Shown: positions 16,467 through 26,451, numbered from the stretch's first letter. The stretch is DNA of 64,000 bases from Candidatus Obscuribacteraceae bacterium (GCA_044228145.1 JBGAVL010000002.1:15-64014); one strand, 5' to 3'. A program made the numbers and translations. Notes: a model not told the origin generated them from the sequence alone.

Positions 16467-16495
16467 TTAGTACTCAAATTTGAGTACTATGTCAA
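16467..16495 (-). promoter_or_regulatory. sigma70-like promoter whose 17-nt spacer lies within a perfect 22-bp palindrome (putative autoregulatory operator)
   Basis: The minus strand reads TTGACA (16495-16490), 17 nt, then TACTAA (16472-16467). The perfect palindrome TAGTACTCAAATTTGAGTACTA occupies 16468-16489. Confidence 0.55.
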
Positions 16496-16535
16496 GCGTG
16501 AGGATGCTGAGTAAGATGCATTTCGCAAAGCATGT

Positions 16536-18212
16536 TCATTTGCTATCCACCTCATGGTTCCGGCGCTGCATAACGATTGATGCCTTGTCCCGATAGAGAA
16601 TTTTCCAACCTTTATCTGTAAGTAAACGTTTGGCTATTTCAGCATTCGGTTGCACGAACAGCCATGAGATTTCATAGCGTTTCATCAAATCTTCCCATCC
16701 CGGTTTCGCACTATGAATGTTCACGAAGTCGTCGACAATTTCAGTTCCGTACATGTCAAAACGCGTATCTATAAAGAGTTTCGGAGGGTCTGGCATTTTC
16801 CAGATCAAGACATCGCCAAACTGCGGTTCGTTGAAGAGCCTACCTGATGATGGTTTGTCGGCGATAAACCTGATTGCATCGAAAGGCGCTTGCATTGCCG
16901 CGCCAGATTGAGGCAAAACAACTGCACCCGGAATGCGCGTGGCGACAAAGAAAACACCCACCGCAGCGAAGACGGCAATTGTGGCAAACCACATGAAGCC
17001 GTGCGGTTGGTAGAGTGAATCAATCTTCCTATCCGCCATCTCCAAGAATGACGCGTCGCTTCGATCAGCGGCAGTTTCGCCTGCAGAATCCCTGCTTGCG
17101 CTTTCGATGCTTGCGGTTGCAGCAGAATTAGCATTTGCTTTCTGCGCCCTCAGCAAAGCCAGCATGTATCCACCTTCGGCAAACATGTGCAAAGCGGCAA
17201 ACGGTATCAGGCGGCGGCAGCAGACACCGGCAATCGTCCAGGAAAGAATGGCAATGGCGGCAAAAACAATTTGACCTCTGGGGGAAAACGCCGCCGTGGA
17301 GTCAGTCCCCTTTATCTTGTTCATGAAAGCGCGAGCCGTGATGAGGACTGAAGAGATGAGCAATATGAAAAACGGATAGTAAGTCCACTCCAGAAAATCT
17401 TTGCCCGATAGAGGACGCAGCTCCAGGATATGTTTGTTGAGCGGCGTGAAAAACAGCGTCGGCAGATACTGCCAGAGCCTCGCTCCATATGGATTGATGA
17501 AGGTCGCGACAAATGAGGAAACAAAGCACAACAATATAGTCTGATTGATCGCACTCAAACGTTTGTCGGCGATAAAATCAGACACAGTGGTTACCACCGC
17601 AAACACGCACAAATAACCCAAACCCAGCACAAAAGCGCTATGCAGATTGCACCAGAGCATCATCACCACACCGAATATGGTGACTGCCTTCCAGTCAATT
17701 TTCTCGATTTTCCTGTTGCGAAGGAAGAAATGGGTGAGCGAAATATAGACGCCAATCAGCAAATAGCTGAATATTTCAGGACGGCAAAGGAAGTGGAAGA
17801 AGGCAGCTATGAGCGTGAGAATCGTGCCAATCACGGCAAAGGTTCCGGGCATACCGATTTTGCGGGCGAACGCCAGAGGGATGGAAACAAAGGCAGCGGT
17901 CAAAACAATAGCCGCAAGCAATAGAAGCCCCATCAAATCGAGAGCTTTGTACGAAAGGAAGAATAAAACTTCCGTCAGCCACTGGTACAGGATGAAGCGT
18001 TTTTCCGGGAAAAGCGCCATCGTGTATGAATATGGATCAGACGAAGGAAGGGCGCCGCTTTCCACGATGCGCTTGCCCAGCATGAGCAGCCAGCATGTAT
18101 CGGGATCGTGGAGGCTAGCCCCGGCAATAAAAACGGCGGCAATAAATACGACAATGAGAAGCAGTAATAAGAGAGCACGGGCAGCCCATGCAGCTCCAAA
18201 GCTCTGTTTCAT
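16536..18212 (-). CDS. large polytopic membrane protein with C-terminal soluble domain (GT-C/ArnT-like candidate)
   Basis: About 558 codons with more than 10 hydrophobic helices and a C-terminal globular region ([28 protein letters not shown]). ATG 18212 overlaps the guaA stop as ATGA. Function not recognised with certainty. Confidence 0.5.
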   Translation of the reverse strand: MKQSFGAAWAARALLLLLLIVVFIAAVFIAGASLHDPDTCWLLMLGKRIVESGALPSSDPYSYTMALFPEKRFILYQWLTEVLFFLSYKALDLMGLLLLAAIVLTAAFVSIPLAFARKIGMPGTFAVIGTILTLIAAFFHFLCRPEIFSYLLIGVYISLTHFFLRNRKIEKIDWKAVTIFGVVMMLWCNLHSAFVLGLGYLCVFAVVTTVSDFIADKRLSAINQTILLCFVSSFVATFINPYGARLWQYLPTLFFTPLNKHILELRPLSGKDFLEWTYYPFFILLISSVLITARAFMNKIKGTDSTAAFSPRGQIVFAAIAILSWTIAGVCCRRLIPFAALHMFAEGGYMLALLRAQKANANSAATASIESASRDSAGETAADRSDASFLEMADRKIDSLYQPHGFMWFATIAVFAAVGVFFVATRIPGAVVLPQSGAAMQAPFDAIRFIADKPSSGRLFNEPQFGDVLIWKMPDPPKLFIDTRFDMYGTEIVDDFVNIHSAKPGWEDLMKRYEISWLFVQPNAEIAKRLLTDKGWKILYRDKASIVMQRRNHEVDSK

Positions 18213-19819
18213 TCCCACTCAATGGTCGCAGGCGGCTTGGACGTAATGTCATAAACCACCCTGTTGATGCCCGGCACTTCGTTGACAATGCGCGATGAAA
18301 TCGTCGCCAAAAGATCGTACGGCAAACGCGCCCAGTCAGCCGTCATGCCGTCTTCGCTCGTAACAGCGCGAATGACTATTTGGTTTTGATAGGTGCGTTG
18401 ATCGCCCATTACGCCGACAGACAGAGTCGGCAACAAGACGCCAAAGATTTGCCACACCTGACGATACATCCCGTGCGCTTTGATTTCTTCGCGAATGATC
18501 CAATCGGCTTCGCGCAGAGTTTTCAATCTCTCCTTAGTGACTTCACCGAGCACTCTAATAGCCAGTCCTGGACCAGGGAATGGGTGGCGTACACGGATGC
18601 CTTCCGGCACATCCAATTCCGCTGCAACTCTTCTGACTTCGTCCTTGAAGAGTTTTGCAAACGGCTCGACAAGCTTGAATTGAAGATCTTTAGGCAAGCC
18701 GCCAACGTTGTGGTGCGACTTGATTTTTACCGCCACGCGCTCGCCTGTTTTCGGGTCGATTTGTGTGCCGGAGGATTCGATGACGTCCGGATATAGCGTT
18801 CCTTGTGCAAGATAATCGAAGTTGCCGAGTTTTTTGGATTCTTCTTCAAAAACTCTGATGAATTCCGCTCCGATTTTTTTGCGTTTTTCTTCGGGATCGA
18901 TGATGCCTTCAAGTTTTCCAATGAATCTGTCACGCGCTTTTATGAAATGAACGTGAATCTTAAACTGGTTTTCAAAGATATCAACCAGCCATTCAGGCTC
19001 GTTCTTGCGCATGAATCCCTGGTCGATGAACATGCACACAAGTTGATCGCCTATTGCTTTATGCAAAAGGAACGCAAGCGTGGAGCTGTCGACGCCACCG
19101 GAAAGGGCGAGCAAAACGCGCTTGTCGCCCACTTTTGCTTTGACTTCTGCGATAGCGTGGTCGATAAATTGCTTCATCGTCCAACTCTGCGTGCAACGGC
19201 AGATGCGCACGACGAAGTTTTCAATCACTTGTTGTCCGCCGCGTGTGTGCACAACTTCCGGGTGGAATTGCACGCCGTAATAGTTTCTCTCCTCATCGGC
19301 AATCGCCGCCACAGGCGTGGCCAGCGTGCGCGCCGTCACGGCAAAGCCGGCCGGCAAAACCGAGACACTGTCGCCGTGACTCATCCAGCTTTCCATCTCC
19401 GGATCGAGCCCGTCGAAGAGATTGCCGTGGTGGGCAATAGTCAACATCGCCCGTCCATATTCTTTTACTTCAGCCGGCTCGACAACGCCACCCAGGTCGC
19501 GTGCCATCAGCTGCATGCCGTAGCAAACGCCTAAAACCGGCACTCCCAGCTTCCAGATTTTTTCGTCCACCTGCGGCGCGTGCGCCTCGTAACAACTGCT
19601 CGGTCCGCCGCTCAGAATTATGCCCTTCGGATTTAATCGCTTGAGTTCTTCAGCCGAGGTGCTGTAAGGCAAGAGCTCCGAATACGTGTTGACCTCTCTA
19701 ACCCGCCTGGCAATCAACTGCGAGTATTGCGATCCGAAATCAAGAATGGCAATGCTGTCTGAAAGTGCGTTGTCGGCAAGGTGGTTGAGAGTACCTTGCG
19801 AAGTCTGAGTTCCGGTCAC
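18209..19819 (-). CDS. guaA: GMP synthase (glutamine-hydrolysing)
   Basis: GATase domain ([12 protein letters not shown]), PP-loop [10 protein letters not shown] and C-terminal dimerisation domain ending [11 protein letters not shown] start preceded by GAGGAG. Confidence 0.97.
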   Translation of the reverse strand: MTGTQTSQGTLNHLADNALSDSIAILDFGSQYSQLIARRVREVNTYSELLPYSTSAEELKRLNPKGIILSGGPSSCYEAHAPQVDEKIWKLGVPVLGVCYGMQLMARDLGGVVEPAEVKEYGRAMLTIAHHGNLFDGLDPEMESWMSHGDSVSVLPAGFAVTARTLATPVAAIADEERNYYGVQFHPEVVHTRGGQQVIENFVVRICRCTQSWTMKQFIDHAIAEVKAKVGDKRVLLALSGGVDSSTLAFLLHKAIGDQLVCMFIDQGFMRKNEPEWLVDIFENQFKIHVHFIKARDRFIGKLEGIIDPEEKRKKIGAEFIRVFEEESKKLGNFDYLAQGTLYPDVIESSGTQIDPKTGERVAVKIKSHHNVGGLPKDLQFKLVEPFAKLFKDEVRRVAAELDVPEGIRVRHPFPGPGLAIRVLGEVTKERLKTLREADWIIREEIKAHGMYRQVWQIFGVLLPTLSVGVMGDQRTYQNQIVIRAVTSEDGMTADWARLPYDLLATISSRIVNEVPGINRVVYDITSKPPATIEWE

Positions 19820-20040
19820 TTTGAAGTCTCCTCAAATGAGCTGGCTATATTATCCAGCCTTTTTGTCTTCTAGCCTCCCATGGAGGGCTTTCTTGTTGAT
19901 ATGCAAAGGAACTGCTGAAACGCTCATTCTTCGTGGGCAGTTCGGCACATGAGTCTCCTGTGGAAATTTGGAACCTGCAGCCCTTGACTTTGTCTATATA
20001 TAGAGTTACAACAGAAATAACTCCATATCTGGAGGAAGGG

Positions 20041-20427
20041 ATGACAGCAACAGCGCGAAATAAGAAAACTCAGGGATCGGTTGGCCTTGCCGCATTTTTC
20101 AAAATTGCAGAGAAGTGGGAACTTAGTGTTGCTCAACAAACAGCACTGCTCGGAATTAGCAGTCAATCAACATTTCACAAATACAAAAAGGACCCGGAAG
20201 GTGCAAATGTCGATAAAGACATGATGGAACGCATCAGCTATATCCTGGGCATATTCAAGGACTTGCAAACCTTGCTCAAAGACCCTGTCTCCGCAGACAG
20301 ATGGATAAAAGCGCCAAATAGCGCTGCACCATTCAATGGAAAAACGGCGCTCGACCTCATGTGTCGGGGACGAGTAGTAGACCTCTACATCGTACGACAA
20401 TACCTGGCGGAGCAGAAGGGCGTTTAG
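20041..20427 (+). CDS. ParS/MbcA/Xre-type antitoxin (DUF2384 toxin-binding domain)
   Basis: C-terminal ADRWIKAPNSAAPFNGKTALDLMCRGRVVDLYIVRQYL matches the DUF2384 signature. ATG 20041 is preceded by GGAGGAAGGG. The gene sits directly upstream of a RES-domain gene. Confidence 0.85.
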   Translation: MTATARNKKTQGSVGLAAFFKIAEKWELSVAQQTALLGISSQSTFHKYKKDPEGANVDKDMMERISYILGIFKDLQTLLKDPVSADRWIKAPNSAAPFNGKTALDLMCRGRVVDLYIVRQYLAEQKGV

Positions 20428-20428
20428 C

Positions 20429-21115
20429 GTGGTTATTCCAGAGTCTTCAATAAGGTGGACTCCCTCATTTCGCATCATCGCCGATCGCTATCCGGCGATT
20501 AATTTCTTTGAGCGCATAGCTGCTGATCCAGCCGATTGGGAAATTCTTTTAGAGATAGAAAAGATGACGGACCCGTCGTTAAACGTAGGAGACATCAGCC
20601 TTTTGGAAGAACCAGATCGTATTAGCAAACCAGGAAGCGGTCTGGTTTTACCATCATTTTCTTTTTTGAATCCTCAAGGCTCACGCTTCAGCACCGGTAA
20701 TTTCGGCGCTTACTATGCGGCTTTCGATCTCACAACTGCGATAGCTGAAACAGTCTACCACCGCACCAAATTCATGCTCAGCACAAGTGAACCGCCACAA
20801 GAGCTTGATCAGTTGCTGATTCTGGCAGATGTCTCCGGGATAATGCATGATGTGCGAAATTTGAAATCTTCCATTCCAGATGTGTACAGCACAACCAGCT
20901 ATTCTCAGTCTCAAGCGTTAGCGGAAACACTACGGTCGATTGGAAGTCTGGGAATTGTCTACAAAAGTGTTCGTCGAACAGATGGCGAATGTATCGCGGC
21001 CTGGCGTGCCAGGGTGATTTCAAATGCCTGTGAGGACGCCCACATTACCTACTGTTGGGACGGGAAAAAAATCAGCGGCTATTACTTCAAAGGCAAGTAC
21101 GAACCTCTGACCTAG
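20429..21115 (+). CDS. RES-domain toxin (ParT/MbcT-like NAD+-targeting family)
   Basis: RES landmarks: GSRFSTGNFGAYYAA (R), TAIAETVYH (E), GIVYKSVRR (S). GTG start lies 1 nt after the antitoxin stop. Confidence 0.85.
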   Translation: MVIPESSIRWTPSFRIIADRYPAINFFERIAADPADWEILLEIEKMTDPSLNVGDISLLEEPDRISKPGSGLVLPSFSFLNPQGSRFSTGNFGAYYAAFDLTTAIAETVYHRTKFMLSTSEPPQELDQLLILADVSGIMHDVRNLKSSIPDVYSTTSYSQSQALAETLRSIGSLGIVYKSVRRTDGECIAAWRARVISNACEDAHITYCWDGKKISGYYFKGKYEPLT

Positions 21116-21269
21116 AGCTTGCGCTTCCGCTCGGAATAATCGAAGCGATGCTTACTCAAAGTTATCAGACACTGAAATCGAGCGCTGTGGCCTATCAATC
21201 TGAGTAACCATCAGGGTATAAATGAATTGAATCAACCTGTTTCCGCCCCATGCCCCGCCCGGCAGGCCT

Positions 21270-21770
21270 ATGTTTGCCTACGACCCGTCAGAGCACAACC
21301 CCAATTTCCGCCAGATCGCCGCGGAGATATACTGCGGCGGTCAACCGTCGGATGAGGGTTTTAACTTGCTCAAAGAGAAGGGCATTAAGACCGTCATTAA
21401 TCTGAGAGAAGAGCCCGGGCAGATTGCCCGCGAGCGCGAACTTGTGGAGAGCCTGGGGATGACTTTCCTGAGCGTGCCGATGACCCCTTTTCAGGAGCCC
21501 AGCGAGGCTGCCATAAAGCAGTTCTTGGAACTGGCGCTTAAGCCGGAAAGCCATCCTATCTTCGTTCATTGCCTGCACGGGCAGGATCGGACCGGGGCTA
21601 TGGTTTGCATATATCGCATGGAAGCGCACGGTCACAACTTCGACATGGCATATGAAGAAATGGTCGCTGGCGGTTTTCACAAAGAGTTTTTGAACCTTCG
21701 CCGAGCCGTACTGCGTTTTGCCAGCCGCAAAGGATTGGTCATTTCAAGAAACGAGTCAGCAAACTTGTAA
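21270..21770 (+). CDS. dual-specificity/tyrosine phosphatase-family protein
   Basis: CX5R P-loop VHCLHGQDRTGAMV in a 166-aa protein. Confidence 0.8.
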   Translation: MFAYDPSEHNPNFRQIAAEIYCGGQPSDEGFNLLKEKGIKTVINLREEPGQIARERELVESLGMTFLSVPMTPFQEPSEAAIKQFLELALKPESHPIFVHCLHGQDRTGAMVCIYRMEAHGHNFDMAYEEMVAGGFHKEFLNLRRAVLRFASRKGLVISRNESANL

Positions 21771-21920
21771 GAGTTCCGGCTAATAGAACCAGTTCAATTT
21801 GCAGGGGTCAGCCCTTGCATAGGCACTTCCAAGTGCCTTGCAATCAAACTGAGAACCGGACTAGTCTTGGGCCCGGTCTGCTAACATTCGAGCTGCGCAA
21901 TCCGAAATAGGTATCAACTG

Positions 21921-23063
21921 ATGAGCAAGCTATTCGAGCCGGTCAAGTTAAGAGACATACAAATCCGCAACCGCACAGTCGTTTCGCCGATGTGCATGTA
22001 CTCTGCAAAGGACGGCGCGCTCACCGACTTCCACCTCGTGCACCTGGGGCGGTTTGCGCTGGCCGGCGCCGGGCTGGTTTTTGTCGAAGCGACGGGGGTC
22101 TCTCCTGAAGGCAGAATCACCCACGGAGACTCAGGTCTTTGGTCGGATGTGCAGATTGAGCCGCTCAAGAAAATCGCTGGTTTTCTGAAATCGCACGGCG
22201 CCACCGCCGGCATCCAGCTTGCACATGCGGGCAGAAAAGCCAGCTGTCATCGTCCATGGGAAGGCGACGGACCGATTTTGGAAAAGGACCAGAAGCCCGG
22301 AGAAGGTCCATGGCAAACTTATTCGGCCAGTGCCATTCCTTGGGATGAGGGTTGGCACACGCCAAAAGAGATGGACGAAAAAGACATGGAAAAGGTGCGC
22401 AACGACTTTCTCGCTGCCGCAAAACGTGCACTGAGCGCCGGTTTTGATGTTATTGAAATGCACAACGCACATGGCTATTTGCTGCAATCGTTCCTCTCAC
22501 CCATTGCCAATCAGAGGAAAGATCAATACGGCGGCTCGCTGGAAAACCGCATGCGTTTTCCACTTTCGGTCGCCAAAGCACTGCGCGAATTCTGGCCTCA
22601 GTACAAACCGATGTTTGTGCGCATCTCGTCTGTAGACGGCATTGAAGGCGGCTTTACGATTGAAGAAGCGGTTGGCTATGCAAAAGAATTGAAGAAGCTC
22701 GGTGTGGACGTCATCGACTGCTCATCAGGAGGGCAACCCGGAAAAATGACGCTGCGCGCGGCACTCGGATATCAAGTCCCATTTGCGCGGCAAATAAAAC
22801 ATGATGCCGACATTCAGACGATGGCTGTGGGCATGATCGTAGACGCGCATCAGGCCAACGAAATTGTCGCAGACGGCAGTGCTGATTTTGTCGCCCTCGC
22901 CCGCGAAGCGTTGAACGATCCACACTGGTTCTTTCATGCCGAGCAAGAACTTGGACAGGCACCGGAAGACAATCCGTATGCCGAATGGTCCATTCAATAC
23001 GGTCATTGGCTCTCGAAAAGAAAACATACTCTCGACCGGCTCAATGCTGCGGCGGTTAAGTAA
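21921..23063 (+). CDS. NADH:flavin oxidoreductase, Old Yellow Enzyme family (YqjM/NamA type)
   Basis: LFEPVKLRDIQIRNRTVVSPMCMY, HLVHLGRFALAGAGLVFVEATGVSPEGRI, IQLAHAGRK and EMHNAHGYLLQSFLSP. Confidence 0.92.
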   Translation: MSKLFEPVKLRDIQIRNRTVVSPMCMYSAKDGALTDFHLVHLGRFALAGAGLVFVEATGVSPEGRITHGDSGLWSDVQIEPLKKIAGFLKSHGATAGIQLAHAGRKASCHRPWEGDGPILEKDQKPGEGPWQTYSASAIPWDEGWHTPKEMDEKDMEKVRNDFLAAAKRALSAGFDVIEMHNAHGYLLQSFLSPIANQRKDQYGGSLENRMRFPLSVAKALREFWPQYKPMFVRISSVDGIEGGFTIEEAVGYAKELKKLGVDVIDCSSGGQPGKMTLRAALGYQVPFARQIKHDADIQTMAVGMIVDAHQANEIVADGSADFVALAREALNDPHWFFHAEQELGQAPEDNPYAEWSIQYGHWLSKRKHTLDRLNAAAVK

Positions 23064-23068
23064 ACATC

Positions 23069-23644
23069 TTAGCCATTGGCGGGAAGCAGCTTCTCCAAAA
23101 GGTCGAGAACGTCTAGCATTCCTGCGGTTTTCCTCATATACTCAAAATCAAGCCCGCCTTCATTTGCTTTGAATATTCCGGTCACATCCCGCCATTGCTG
23201 ATCTGATGCTTCGTTTCCTTGTCTATACCATTCTAATTTTGCGAGAATTATGTCTTCAACGCTGGCAAAATACGTGCTTCTCTCTGGCGCAAGTGCCACA
23301 ACATGCAACGTTTTCCGGCGAAATTCCAACTCATCAAATTCACGATCCTTCGGAATGAAGACATTCACCTTAAACAGCGATTCATCGTGGATTAAATTGA
23401 AGCTTGAGCGCCGCGCTACAGCATTCTCGATCATCTCTTTCGAGACGTTAAATTGAGACCTTAGCATCTCGCAAAGACGGTCGGCGTGCTCGAATCTAAC
23501 ATCCGCGAGTAGATCCGCGTCACGCGTTGAACGGGGTTCGCCGTAGATTGAACTCGCTAGAGAGCCCCCAATTAAATACCTTATCCCAAGCTCTTCGAAT
23601 GCTGAAATGACGAGTAGAGTTATCTCAATCGGTTCTTCATTCAC
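23069..23644 (-). CDS. nucleotidyltransferase-fold (Pol-beta superfamily) protein
   Basis: GGSLASSIYGEPRSTRDADLLADV fits the G-S...D-x-D NTase signature. GTG 23644 overlaps the stop of the upstream small ORF (GTGAATGA); the ORF-track start is 23698. Confidence 0.6.
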   Translation of the reverse strand: MNEEPIEITLLVISAFEELGIRYLIGGSLASSIYGEPRSTRDADLLADVRFEHADRLCEMLRSQFNVSKEMIENAVARRSSFNLIHDESLFKVNVFIPKDREFDELEFRRKTLHVVALAPERSTYFASVEDIILAKLEWYRQGNEASDQQWRDVTGIFKANEGGLDFEYMRKTAGMLDVLDLLEKLLPANG

Positions 23645-23963
23645 CGCGGTGAAACTCCTTGAGTTTCTCAAAGATCTGGTCGGCAACTTCGGCGCCATAC
23701 AGCATCTCGGCCAGCCTGTGCTTCAGCAATTGCTCACTATCATCTGGATAGCGCTCACGCAATCCGCTCATTGCCAGAGTGCGCACCGTTGCATTCATCT
23801 GACTCACCATTTTCAACCTCTCTGCTGGCGTTTTCTTCTTCAGCAGCTCAAAAAAACGCTGCTCAGCATCGTCGGTTGTGTCGGCAGATAGGCGGTAGTC
23901 TTTGTAGGTGCTCATTTGGAATGAAATACAGTCAAGTGCGCAGCGCAGTGAGTAGCTTCCCAA
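23637..23963 (-). CDS. small hypothetical protein, translationally coupled partner of the NTase
   Basis: 92-108 codons (alternative ATG 23915), helical, no family recognised. Its stop overlaps the NTase start. Confidence 0.45.
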   Translation of the reverse strand: MGSYSLRCALDCISFQMSTYKDYRLSADTTDDAEQRFFELLKKKTPAERLKMVSQMNATVRTLAMSGLRERYPDDSEQLLKHRLAEMLYGAEVADQIFEKLKEFHRGE

Positions 23964-24016
23964 ACCAAAACAATACTACACGACCCGGGCAAATGCAGAA
24001 ATGCTAGTTTAGAACC

Positions 24017-24697
24017 ATGGACAAACCATCAACACTCAAGGCCTTTTTGACCTTTCCCATTGGGCTCGCCGCGATGGGAGCGCCGATCTTTCTTGCAGCA
24101 TGGTCTTTTGATTACTGGCAAGCTTGGGTCTTCCTGGCAGTTTTCTCCACAGCGTCTATGGCGCATGGATTGATTTTGCTGAAGTACGCGCCCGACGTGC
24201 TTGTGCGCCGAATGAAGGCCGGGCCGACGGCGGAAACGCGACCGGTTCAAAAACTAATCATGAGTTGTATAACAGCAGCCTTTGTTCTTTTCCTTGTTGT
24301 GTGCGGTCTGGACCATCGATTTGGGTGGTCGACTGTTCCGCTGCCTGCAGTTATCTTTGGTGATTTATTGATCGCCGTCAGCTTCTTTGTCTTCACGAAG
24401 GTCTGCCTGGAAAACCACTTCGCATCAGCAACAATCGAGCTCCACGAAGGACAAAATGTGGTGTCCACAGGTATGTACGGCGTGGTGCGCCACCCGATGT
24501 ATGCAGGAGCACTGCTTCTCCTTCTGGGCATCCCGCTCTCCCTTGGCTCGGTTTGGGCGGGTCTGCTGATCTTATTCGCCACCGGCATTCTCATATGGCG
24601 AATCACAGACGAAGAGAAGTTTCTCCTCTCGCACTTGAACGGTTACGCGGAATACTGCGATAAAGTCAGATATCGGCTGATTCCAGGGCTGTATTAG
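24017..24697 (+). CDS. isoprenylcysteine carboxyl methyltransferase (ICMT/PEMT-like) family membrane methyltransferase
   Basis: Multi-TM, with the C-terminal signature VSTGMYGVVRHPMYAGALLLLLGIPLSLGS. Confidence 0.85.
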   Translation: MDKPSTLKAFLTFPIGLAAMGAPIFLAAWSFDYWQAWVFLAVFSTASMAHGLILLKYAPDVLVRRMKAGPTAETRPVQKLIMSCITAAFVLFLVVCGLDHRFGWSTVPLPAVIFGDLLIAVSFFVFTKVCLENHFASATIELHEGQNVVSTGMYGVVRHPMYAGALLLLLGIPLSLGSVWAGLLILFATGILIWRITDEEKFLLSHLNGYAEYCDKVRYRLIPGLY

Positions 24698-25377
24698 AGC
24701 GCTAATACTGCTTTACGGATGCGATTGTGGTAGTCCTTGACGATTTCTGGTGTCTTTGGCAAAGGGTGAATGTGCCAATCGCCCGTTCCCACTGGATTCC
24801 ATTTGCTGCTTTGTTTGAGATATTCAGCCTCGTAGTCTCTCGCTTCCTTGTCTAGACGGGCGCGATGTTCGGGCGACATTTCCGCGCGCACCTGCTCAGT
24901 GATCCTCTTCTTTAGATCTTTGACTCGCCGCTCCGCCTCTTCATGCATAGGCAACTTCGGCACTTCCGGCCAGGGCGCCGGGTTTTTGAAAACCAAAGTA
25001 GTTGCACGTCTTATCCACTCCTCGTTGTACTTGTCGCGAGCCTTTTCTTCAGCGTCGTAAGCTTCTCTTTCCTTCGGACTAAAGCGAGACACGACATGTT
25101 GATTGAGTTTGTCTTCGACGGTCTTTTCGTCGCCAAATATTGCAAAACCAGGAAAACCCACCGTCTCTCGGAATCTTCCGTTCGCAGGCTGATCGAAGCC
25201 CGTCAAATCCAGGACACCACATCTGAGCCCTACCACATCGTCTTTGCCCTTCTCCAAACGGCCTGCGACAATTCTTTCGTGGTCTCTGTAGAGTGGTCCG
25301 GAATCAAATATTGCTTGAGTGGCTTCGTCTTCGTGACGAGAAAACCCTTGCTCCAATGCGGCTGCTGAATTAACCAT
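24694..25377 (-). CDS. hypothetical protein, tandem paralog A (unrecognised family)
   Basis: ATG 25377 preceded by AAGGAG. Shares a C-terminal domain of about 150 aa with the next gene (SPKE.(E/D)AY.AEEK, LPMH.E, ITEQ(V/I)R(A/S)EMSP..RARLD, NP(V/M)GTG). Confidence 0.6.
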   Translation of the reverse strand: MVNSAAALEQGFSRHEDEATQAIFDSGPLYRDHERIVAGRLEKGKDDVVGLRCGVLDLTGFDQPANGRFRETVGFPGFAIFGDEKTVEDKLNQHVVSRFSPKEREAYDAEEKARDKYNEEWIRRATTLVFKNPAPWPEVPKLPMHEEAERRVKDLKKRITEQVRAEMSPEHRARLDKEARDYEAEYLKQSSKWNPVGTGDWHIHPLPKTPEIVKDYHNRIRKAVLAL

Positions 25378-25550
25378 TATCAAGCTCCTTTCGTACCTAA
25401 CGTTGCTCGTAGGGACAAGCCGAGTCAGTCACGTTAGAGCGTGTGATGTGATGTATGAGTTGAGGAGAAAAGTCGAACTTTCAGGTCTATCCGGTGCCCA
25501 AACTTTTTGGACACCGGAAACTGAAATTTCATTTTAGTGGCGCGATGAAA

Positions 25551-26294
25551 TCAGCGCGTCACTTTGTCGACCGCTTCTTTGACGCGCTCGTAATAGTCTT
25601 GCACAAGCGCCGGTGGCTTCGGACGGGGTTTGAAGCCTTCGCCCGTTCCCATCGGATTGTGTATACGCGTCGACTCGTCATAATCCTCTGCGTATTTCTT
25701 CATTTGACTATCTAAACGAGCGCGGTCTTGCGGCGACATTTCAGAGCGAATTTGCTCCGTGATCTTCTTTTCCATTTCCTTGACGCGTTCTTTCACTTCG
25801 TTATGCATCGGAAGATTTGGGGGCTCCGGAGGCGGTCCGGGATTGAATGTTGCCTGAGTCGCCCAGGAAATCCACTTGCGATTGTATTCGTCGAGTTGTT
25901 TCTCTTCCGCTTTGTACGCGTCCTTTTCTTTCGGAGACAAGTTTTTCATGACGTGCTCATTGAGCTTGTCTTCACAAGTTTCTTTGCTGCCGAAAAAGCT
26001 TTTGACGTCGTGCCAGAAGCCTGCAAAACCTTCGGAATGATCAATGGCTTCCTGGTCAAAACCTGTAAAATCCGGCGTAAGAAATCCAAGTTTCCTCAAA
26101 TCATTGACGTCGGCTATACCCCCGCGGCTACCAGGGACACACTTGCTAATATCGCTGCCGAGGTCCCTTCCGCCTCCTCCACACTTAGCGTCGAAATTTA
26201 AGTCTTCAAAAGCCTGCCATACACTAGTAATTGGTTTAACACTATCTTCCACTCCCTGGTAAAAGCCCTGTTCAATAGCATTCTGTTGGCCCAT
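25551..26294 (-). CDS. hypothetical protein, tandem paralog B (unrecognised family)
   Basis: ATG 26294 preceded by AAAGGAG. Paralogous to 24694-25377. The N-terminus MGQQNAIEQGF aligns with MVNSAAALEQGF. Confidence 0.6.
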   Translation of the reverse strand: MGQQNAIEQGFYQGVEDSVKPITSVWQAFEDLNFDAKCGGGGRDLGSDISKCVPGSRGGIADVNDLRKLGFLTPDFTGFDQEAIDHSEGFAGFWHDVKSFFGSKETCEDKLNEHVMKNLSPKEKDAYKAEEKQLDEYNRKWISWATQATFNPGPPPEPPNLPMHNEVKERVKEMEKKITEQIRSEMSPQDRARLDSQMKKYAEDYDESTRIHNPMGTGEGFKPRPKPPALVQDYYERVKEAVDKVTR

Positions 26295-26451
26295 GTGAGC
26301 TCCTTTTAGCACTCGTCGCGCGGCTCAAAGCAGATGGAGCCTGATGCGCCTGGCGCTTGGTTGAAATAAGTGTGCATAGGGATATGCGTGCTAATGGTTC
26401 TATCCAGCTTCAGGGATTTCTGGACAAAGAGTCCGAAGATTTAAGCAGCCG

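Noticed and set aside
19984-20012. Sigma70 promoter TTGACT upstream of the ParS/RES module
   Set aside because: No acceptable -10 hexamer lies at 16-18-nt spacing. TACAAC/TTACAA are poor matches and TATATA is too close, so the element was not reported as a feature.
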